Assembly: GCF_006345805.1 (NCBI RefSeq)
Contig: NC_042999.1
Span: 135,532,001 to 135,596,000, forward strand
Direction: 5' to 3'
Origin: Octopus sinensis
Taxonomy: Eukaryota
DNA: 64,000 nt
Shown: in pieces, positions 54,999-64,000 of the stretch
How the letters are laid out: every line of letters begins with the position of its first letter
Numbering within the stretch: position 1 is the stretch's first letter
Notes under the pieces: generated by a model
What the model was told of the DNA's origin: nothing
The model's database searches: none
Seen by the model: the letters and a program-made list of their open reading frames with translations, nothing else
Made by a program: the position numbers and the translations under genes

Positions 54999-55544
54999 GC
55001 TGTGAGCTTGCAGAATCGTTAGCAGGCCGGGCCAAATGCTTAGCGGTATTTCGTTTGCCGTTACGTTCTGAGTTCAAATTCCGCCGAGGTCGACTTTGCC
55101 TTTCATCCTTTTGGGGTCGATAAATTAAGTACCAGTTACGCACTGGGGTCGATGTAATCGACTTAATCTGTTTGTCTGTCCTTGTTTGTCCTCTCTGTGT
55201 TTAGCCCCTTGTGGGTAGTAAAGAAATAGGTATTTCGTCTATCTTTACGTTGTGAGTTCAAATTCCGCCGAGGTCGACTTTGCCTTTCATCCTTTCGGAA
55301 CCGATAAATTAAGTACCATTTACGCACTGGGGTCGATATAAATGACTTAAACCGTCTGTCTATCTTTGTTTGTCTCCTCTGTTTTTAGTCCCTTGTGGGG
55401 AGTAAAGAAATAGGTATTTCGTCTATCTTTACGTTGTGAGTTCAAATTCCGCCGAGGTCGACTTTGCCGTTCATCCTTTCGGGACCGATAAATTAAATAG
55501 CCCCTCCCCAAAAGCTTTCGGGCCTTGTGCCAAGAGTAGAAAAG
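54999..55544 (+). mobile_element. SINE family B with its 184-bp core in three tandem copies (third partial)
   Basis: GGTATTTCGT at 55045, 55229 and 55413; 19-bp TSD ATTAAATTAAAAGTTGTTG. Confidence 0.9.
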
Positions 55545-55919
55545 ATTAAATTAAAAGTTGTTGACTTTTGCGCCTACTATCTGAGTTTTCTAACATTACG
55601 CGGTTACCAGTAGACTCTGTTAAAATTTCACGTTTACCATCAGAATCTGCTGACATCTCCACTTTACTGTTTGTGCTGCATTTCACTAAGTATAGGGATG
55701 GGGATACTTAAAGAACGAGTGATGGTTTTAATGGTCAGATTCGTTCAAAACATCAAAAATCACAGAGAAAACATAACTTTCACCTTCAAAGGGAAACGGA
55801 TGTGATAGTAACAATTTAACCTTCTCTTTTTTAGGTGATCAGAAGGTTGTCATTCTCCTTGATTTTCTAAGACGTAGTTGTAGCTTGACCAGCGGCTAGT
55901 ACATTAAGACGCTCAAAAA

Positions 55920-56328
55920 CCTCAGAAAAGTCATTTGAGGAAAAGACTGATCAAAAATCTGAAATGATCCGTATTCACCATGGCAATGTGTGACTAAACA
56001 CAAATTTCTGTGATCCTCATCCACCATACAGCCCAGATTTGGTGTCCCCTGCACGGTTCAATAAAATACGGTCGTTGGAAACAAAAATTTGATGACAGAT
56101 GAGATGAAAGTACTTGTGAAAAGGAGATACAACAGTGCACACCAGAGTTGACAAAGAGGTTTCAAGAACTGGGCTCGACGATGGCGCAAATTGCTTGTGA
56201 TGGAGACTATATACAATAGCACTTTTGAACAAAAAAAGAATTATTCTACCAGCATGTGAAACTTGAACGACTTATGTCAGTTAACAAGAGTTACGCCCAA
56301 TTTTGAATTACTTGCTGGACAACCCTTG
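55920..56328 (+). mobile_element. mariner 3' fragment with TIR
   Basis: PHPPYSPDL motif; ends TTACTTGCTGGACAACCCTTG|TA. Confidence 0.75.
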
Positions 56329-57524
56329 TAGTTTTTGATTGATAATGCTATTGATTTGCATGACCGTCGAGAAGAATCATCAGGTACTGTGTGGGTTTTA
56401 ATCTGGTGATTTTTTTACTTTAGTTATGATGGATATATCGCATCGGTTATAACTGAAGTCGACATAACCGTGTATTCTGATTGGAGTCAGTCGGTTGACA
56501 TGGAGCCAGTTTGACCGAGTGATTAAGATATTAGATTACTGGCAGTGTTTTCAAATCTGATTCAGGTATTTCGTTGTTTCTCATACTTTTAGAAGTGCTT
56601 ATTATACACATCCTGTATTGTTCTTGCACGTATATGCTTCTTGTATGATTCCTATAAGCGATTGCCGCGACATCCTTTCATTTCTTATCGTTGCATATTT
56701 TGTCCATGAAACACATGCGCGCGCACGTATACACACACACACGAACACACGCGCACACACATGCATCGAGGTATTTTGATTTGTATCTCATGAAGAGATC
56801 TATCAAAATATTTTTTTAAATAATGTCGCTGATACTTCACAGACAGACATTAACATAACACATTTTCCTTTTCTATGTCAGTATTTAACAAAGGATGGTA
56901 GGTCGGCAGTATTATTTGCGTTGGATAAAATATCTTGTAATATTTAGTTGCAGTCTTTTACGTTCCAATTTCAATTCCTTTCAAAGCCAAGTATTCCTTT
57001 TGTTCTCTGAGATCGATAAATTAAAGTACTAGTCAAAAATAGTGATGTCCATTTAATGAAGTAAACATACCCTCCCTAAAATGTGTAGCATTGTTCCAAT
57101 GTAAGAAATCAATATAAGTCGATTAAAACCCTCTTCACATTGTGATCTGTCAATGTTAAGTGTATTTCATCATTATTGCTAATTCTAGTCCAATAGTATA
57201 CTTTAGTTTCAAGGCTGGCTGGCTGCCAACCATCTGCATTAATATGAACACGATCAACTTGTGGTTTGAATATTGAAGTTCAAAGTTTTAAGCAAATAAA
57301 ATGAATTGATTCTCGACAATTGTTTTTTTATAACATTTTATGTAGCTTGTAGCGTACACTCGAGTGAAATTCCTCTCTCCCCTTTATTATATATACGTGC
57401 TTTCGAACGTAGCAGATAAAAGCTAACCTTTGGCTGCTATTTGGACCTCGTTGTGTCCACTATTCTGATTGGTTGATATTAGCGCAATTTGTCTCTTACT
57501 CTGTTGTGCCAATCTGCAGCGTAT

Positions 57525-58500
57525 TGTAGAGAATACGACCGTATGTTGAGGTTGGTGATATAGGTAAGTCACACGGTCGCATTCCTAGCGAAATAAGATA
57601 AGCCATTAATACAATTTTATACAATGCAGTACCAACAGAATATAGATGAATTGACTACAAGACCATTCCACTGTTTGAGAGAAGATAAGATTTTATTTAC
57701 AATTGGTATTAAGGTTAGAAGGCTGTGAGTGCTAGCAAGTGCATGTGTGCGTGTGTGTATGCAACACGTGTTTGTGTCTGTGTGTTCACCATAAGTACAT
57801 ATATAATACGAACAATAAGACAGGCCGTCAAGCACACAACAGTGTGTACAAACAAGGTGTATGCGTGTGAAATAAAATACGTGTTTGTGTCTGTGTGTTC
57901 GTGTGTGTGACAGATACAATAAGGGTGAAAGCGTGCGACACAGAAAGTACAGAGCATAGAGTTCATAATGGAGATCGATTTACTGTTCTGATGTACACAA
58001 AGTGTAAGAGTTCGATATCAGGATGTTGTGTCTCGAGCGGAGGCCGGTCGGGCGAATTATTGTCGAGTCGCGGTCATGGTCTCAAATCTGCGAGCTGTTC
58101 TCCTGATATAGATTTCTTCAGATGGACTGTTTATACTTGGTGAAGGCGTTCACTCTAACAGCGTGTTCTGTGATGTTCGTGTGTACAAGTCTGAAGTGGA
58201 CGATGATGATGGCGACGGTAGCGGAGATAGTAGGCCTCCGGTTGCGGGTGTACATTAGCGTCGTCGTGGCTGATCGTCTGCGACTGGAACATGTTGAGTA
58301 GCTCTGTGGTCAGAGGTTTAATCCTCATAAGGACTAGAAACCAAAGACGCTTGGTAAAGGGATTCACTCCTTATATACAAGTAAGGTGGCTCAAACGAGC
58401 TTGAGAAATGGGAAGTCTTGATTGGTTGGTTTTGCCCAATGGCATGAAATAAGTAGAGACAAATCACGCCACATGTCAACCAATCAAGTTAGTGGTTACA
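57525..58500 (-). mobile_element. Putative solo LTR
   Basis: Minus strand starts TGTAAC and ends CTACA; contains CCAAT boxes, TATATAA (58371-58377) and AATAAA; related to 58501-59258. No TSD found. Confidence 0.5.
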
Positions 58501-59258
58501 ACAGGAACAACTCGGCCAAAGATGTCCGTAATCTCAAACGAGATTATTCCTGCCGTGTTTCTCAAACAGTGAGGATATCAGAGACCGCTACAGTATAAAC
58601 AATCGGAGCCTCTAAATAAGATTCCGTGGGACAGCTTGTTCTCAACCCCGTTCGAACCTACAGCTCCTTATAAAAACCTAGCTACTCCTCGTCCCGAGGT
58701 TTTTGGTTCCAGACATTTAAGGTCTAGCCACTGACCACACAAGACACAGCCAGTTCCGACGACAACGCCAGACGACAACACCCATCCAAAAGCTTTACGG
58801 CAACCTCCGTCTTCGTCGCCACCATCATCTTCTTAACGTCGTCAACATCATCTCTCTACGTACACAGTTCAAGCAACACTGCACAGGTTCTAACATAGCA
58901 CTGTTCGTGAATTACTTCTACCAAGTGACCCAGGCAGCAGAATTACAGCCACAACTTCAAGTACGACATGTACAGCAACCGGCTCCGCATCATAACCACA
59001 ACTTCTTGATACAGTATTTCAGTTACCGTGTACAATTGACTACGAATTGGTATTTTTCATTCTTGTGTCTATTAACATTCGTCTAACTTCTCATTACAGA
59101 CTCTTTCACTACTCTCTTCATTACTATTCTTATATATACTTAACGCGCACGCATATATCCATGCCTATACACACATACACTTTGTTCTCATGACGGCCTG
59201 AATCACAGTTGATTGACTAGTTCCCATGTTGATGACATACCTCCTCGTATTTTTCCCA
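58501..59258 (+). mobile_element. Putative solo LTR, related family
   Basis: TATAAAAA at 58669, followed by TTTGGTT and CTGACCACA as in the neighbouring element. Confidence 0.45.
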
Positions 59259-59315
59259 CCTCTAAAAGAATTTGAAACCAATTTTTGCTAAATCTGGTCG
59301 CTTTTCTCTACACCA

Positions 59316-59521
59316 GGACTTCTCAACCAGGATTCATATGGCCCTTGGTGTTCCATATTAGATTTCTTGTTAAAATTTATGTTCAATAAATTGCTTACAC
59401 TTCTACAATACGCAAAATATCAAAAAAAAATTTGATATACATTGTATGGCAATGGAGGTCCAGTAGAGTAAAATGGAATTCAAAGAGGTCCACAGGCAAA
59501 AAAAATGGCTGAGAACTACAG
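59316..59521. mobile_element. Degenerate hAT MITE
   Basis: Ends CAGGACTTCTCAACC and GGCTGAGAACTACAG. Confidence 0.5.
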
Positions 59522-60199
59522 CTCTACACGATGAAGCATCTTTTTAAAATTAAATAAAGACTAAGTGGCTTCTTGAAGATGGTATTACTGAAGCCTCAGT
59601 TTTCCCAAAATGGTAGTAGTAAAAACTGTAGAACACAATACTTAGTTATCAACTATTCATAAACAATCGTTACTAGTTTCTAGGTGGCGACCCACTCAAC
59701 TTTCTGCGTTGTATTTTCTACAATAAATGCAACAGAAAATTGGACCTGAAAGCAGTATACCTTGGATTCGATTCGGTGATGATGATAAGATATATTGCGT
59801 TTCAAGCTGATGGATGTCTTTTAAAATTTGATGTGACTAATAACTGCTTTTCAAAGAAGATATAATTACCAACAATGATATCAAAGGAATTCACACTCAT
59901 CTCAACAGTGTTATTGTCGTCGGCAAAACTAATGAGGAGTAGTTACTTAATAACTCAACATTACATTAAACAATGAAAAATCTTTTCTCAGTCAAACACT
60001 CTTTTGTTACCTAGATTACAAAATAGAAAATATTTAACTTCAACCTGACCCAGAAAGATTGTTATCCATCTAGCAATACAATTACAATTACAACAACCAC
60101 TATATGTTTGTTTAAGTAATACTATAAATGTGTGTCTGTTTTCTTGGAACAAATTCGCTGCTTAATATATCCCATTTTTTTAACATGAAAAGTATCTAG

Positions 60200-60315
60200 A
60201 TTGTGATTTCGATTCCAGGACCGGGCGAAGCGTTATGTTCTTCGGCAAAACACTTCATTTCACATTGCTCCAGTCCACTCAGCTGACAAAAATGAGTAAT
60301 CTTGCGACGGATCGC
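60200..60315 (+). mobile_element. SINE fragment, third family
   Basis: B-box-like TTCGATTCCAGG followed by the core AACACTTCATTTCACATTGCTCCAGTCCACTCAGCTG. Confidence 0.55.
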
Positions 60316-60446
60316 ATGTGTATACACACACACACATAAACACGCACATATATATATATAATTAATCCCCGAAAAAACACAACAACAACGCGAGGACATG
60401 GTACATGCAAAGTATTAGCAGACGCTCAGGGAAGAAAACAAAGGTA

Positions 60447-60481
60447 GTTTTACGTTTCGAGCAAAGCTCTTCTTCAGAAAC
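60447..60481 (-). ncRNA. Minimal hammerhead ribozyme-like motif (type I, palindromic helix III)
   Basis: Minus strand GTTT-CTGAAGA-A-GAGC ttt GCTC-GAAACGTA-AAAC. Confidence 0.55.
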
Positions 60482-60685
60482 AGGAGACAGAGGAAAGTTC
60501 AAGAGAAGGAAGACGGAGGGAAAAATTGCCAGTGATCCACATGTGGTTACAATATATATATATATATATAATATGTGACAATTATTCGGTAGCCATGATA
60601 AAACTCCGAGTTACGGATGTCGGGGCGGAAACACACACCGGCATATATATATATATATATATATAATATATATATATATATATAG

Positions 60686-60761
<76 letters not shown>

Positions 60762-61128
60762 TTATATATATATATATATTATATAAATATATATATATAT
60801 AATATATACACACACACATATATATATATATTAATACTACAAAATTAGAAAATGGAGAAACATACTTAAATCAATCAAACATCAACCATCAGATGATACC
60901 CAATCAATACTTTATTACACCATTACATAACACCAAAGGCATTATACAAAATATATTGTAAATATAATTAGACAAGGAAATAGAAATATAAAATATAATA
61001 CATAATTATATCATATCTGACAGCTGTTTCGGCCGTATATTGGATATATGTTATCCCATGGTGGGTTGAATTTTCAACCCCTATCTCATTTTATATATAT
61101 ATATATATATTTACATAATTACATAAAT

Positions 61129-61183
<55 letters not shown>

Positions 61184-61348
61184 GCATATATGTATACACA
61201 GATATATACACATATATACATATGCATATATATATATATACACACACACATATATATATATACACATAATACATATGCATATATATATATATAGGGAGAT
61301 GTACTCGCATAGCAAGTAATTTGATCTGAGATCGTGTGCTGAAACGAA

Positions 61349-61629
61349 AACAATTGCAGCGTGGAAGGTGTTTATAAGCCATTTAAGAAACACACAAAAG
61401 CCGTTCGATTCACTTCAACATTTAAGTTTAATTTGTCAAAATATTTTCGTCGCTAAAATCCGCGACCTGTTCATGACAAAAATCCGTGCTGCACGGATTT
61501 TGTCATGAACAGGTCGCGGATTTTAACGACGAAAATATTTTGACAAATAAACTTAAATGTTGAAGTGAATCGAACGGCTTTTGTGTGTTTCTTAAATGGC
61601 TTATAAACACCTTCCACGCTGCAATTGTT
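61349..61629. repeat. 281-bp near-perfect palindrome with about 140-bp arms, centre at 61490
   Basis: Arms are reverse complements with about one substitution and two 1-nt indels. Confidence 0.95.
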
Positions 61630-61630
61630 G

Positions 61631-61767
<137 letters not shown>

Positions 61768-62078
61768 CATACATATACATATATACATACATACGTATCG
61801 TATTGAAACGAAACTATTAAAAGTGAAAGAATAAAAGTGAAACTATTAAAAGTGAAATGATATAAAAGTGAAACTATTTATAACTTAGTCCGTCGAGGTT
61901 TTCAGTTTTATTCTTCGAGTTTTGAGACGTAATACGGAAACAGTGCCAATGTTGCATTGTTTTAACCCCCAAAAATTACATGTTGACACTCCTGGGATCT
62001 CATAGTATTGCTATGTAAAATTTGATTTGATTTGGTTGAGTCGTTTGAGAAAGCATTGGGAACAGAGATACACACGAT

Positions 62079-62203
<125 letters not shown>

Positions 62204-62647
62204 TAGTTACAAATAAAATTCATCGTTGGTGCATGAAATTATCGACACAAACCAAACTTGCTAGTTTGCACTTCCTTATTATCACTATGCTGTTGCAGGG
62301 ATTCGAGCACCGACCGCAAGATATTCAGTTAAGGATCACAGGAAGTCACCACAATTTCTCGTGGTTGATTTATAAATCAACCAATCAGCGTGAAGCTGTG
62401 AAGTGATATGGCTCCTCGATTGATCTAAAATTTGTCCCCTTTTCACCCTATAAAAACCGTTAATTCGTAATAACTATATTTACCCATTCGATGACTCTTC
62501 CCTCTACTTTCTGAAACGCTCTCACTCCATCACACAACAAATTAATTTAGATATTCATTGTATTTAATCCAGTCCGATTTATGTTGAGACACTTCAGCTA
62601 TTTATGTTGACTATCCGCATTCCTTGGTGTTCCAATCCAGTTTTATA

Positions 62648-64000
62648 TGTAGAGGAGACATATAACCTGTGGTGTATGCGAGAGATTCGAAATAAAGGCA
62701 CCTACCTTCTCTTCGCTCAGACGGAGACCTTTCAGCGGTAATGGATCCTTCAACGCAGCCCGACCCGAACACTAGAAATAGCAGCTGCTTCTCCCCTACC
62801 TTGACAACATGCTCACGCGTCTTACTCCCTCGGTGACATCGATCGAAAAGGCCGAATCCTGCCCTGTCTGCGCGCGCGTCACTTCAGCCCCTTCCGGTCA
62901 GCTCCCCAGCTGCTGACGTCATCCCACACGCCACCCTGATCTTAAAGATCACAGTCTCTCTACTCCGTGTCGTAGTCCACCATCCAACTGGGAGGGTGCC
63001 TTGCGCGTCGAGATCTTCTCAAGCTAGGCACCTCGTTCTCCCCCTCTCCACAATCGTCGTCCGACGAAGCGATAATCCTGCGAAGGTCCAAGACGTTTGC
63101 AGTATTCCATCCACGGAGACGTTGTTTCTGGAATTGACTACCATCACCGTTCCTCTGCTCCATTGAGACGTACAGCGCGCCTTTGGTGGCTTAACCCAGA
63201 CTTCCTCCCCTATTTTCACGCAAGCGGGTCCCTTCTCTTCCGCGTGGCCCTCCGGCGCTTTACTCGGGTGTCTCCATTCATATTTAAATACAGCTCTCTG
63301 TGGCACAGATTTTTCAGCTTGTCCGGATCGGAGAGACAAGTTGTACCAAAAAACTGCTTCAAGCGGCGAAATGTGCCCGCTTTCCGCTATAGCCTTGACT
63401 GTCCGATGGTGCCTCTCTACGATCCCGTTACCGCTCGGCCTATACATAGCTCTAAACAAGCGACGCACCTTCCACCGGTCGAGCATATCCCTGAATGTTT
63501 CCGAACGAAACGCTGCCCCGTTGTCCATTAGCAATTCTTCCACGGGACCTATCTCTAAAAATATCCCGTTCAAAATCTGTACAATCTCGTCAGCAATGCC
63601 CGTTCTCAACTCCCTCCAAATAGCCAGTCGACCATGGAGAGATACATTCACTGACGGTAGTGCGTCACATCCACAGCTAGCATTTACCAGTTGTGCTCCA
63701 CCGAAAGGTTTCCTTGCTCATGCCCACACGGAGCAGGGTCAATGGACTGACACCTGTCGCAGCTCCCGACCACTTTCCGGATGCTTCTAGTGACATTAGC
63801 ATCAATTTTCTTCGCCAGATACAGGGTCCTGTCCACACCCAAGTGATGCATAGCATGCAGTCTCTTCATATCAGAGTCATCCAACCGACACGCCGCAGCT
63901 ATCCCTTTCCGAGCCTCCTCCGGTTCCTCCAACCACGCCCTTTTCACCCTGGTCAGTGCGTTCGCCTTGTTTTTCTCCGAAGGCACGAAAACTACGTTCA
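62648..64000 (-). mobile_element. Gypsy LTR retrotransposon 3' end: integrase and 3' LTR (62648-62928); continues past the window
   Basis: HHCC finger HAMHHLGVDRT..CDRC, LLMDNGAAFRS, YRPSGNGIVERHHRTVK. PPT-like AGGGTGGCG precedes an LTR with TG..CA ends. A small deletion or frameshift near 63640 makes it defective. Confidence 0.9.

Noticed and set aside
61500-61550. Hammerhead-like topology in the palindrome arm (TTGTCA..GTCG/CGAC-GAAA..TGACAA)
   Set aside because: The CUGANGA box is absent (UGAACAG instead).

Overview
AT-rich, microsatellite-dense eukaryotic DNA made almost entirely of transposable-element remnants. The two abundant SINE families and the repeat style look like an octopus (cephalopod) genome; this is recognition, not a database result. 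No intact host gene is evident, and nearly all ORF-track entries are translated microsatellites or TE fragments. Supported elements: hAT transposase remnants and hAT MITEs (two with perfect 8-bp TSDs), Tc1/mariner elements (a near full-length DD41D element, mariner and maT-like fragments), a Merlin element, four non-autonomous Helitrons (two sit in A|T sites where removal restores host reading frames), RTE, R4/Dong-like and Penelope retroelements, a 1.6-kb internally deleted Gypsy element with both LTRs, PBS, PPT and a 5-bp TSD, and a second Gypsy 3' end at the window edge. The most unusual observations are a minimal hammerhead-ribozyme motif (60447-60481), a 281-bp near-perfect palindrome (61349-61629), a back-to-back pair of related LTR-like promoters (57525-59258), a satellite plus inverted telomeric-repeat composite (43594-44393), a triple C2H2 cassette split by a Helitron, and a possible terminal exon ending in -ESKL. 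I found no convincing wholly new biological system. All coordinates were counted by eye.
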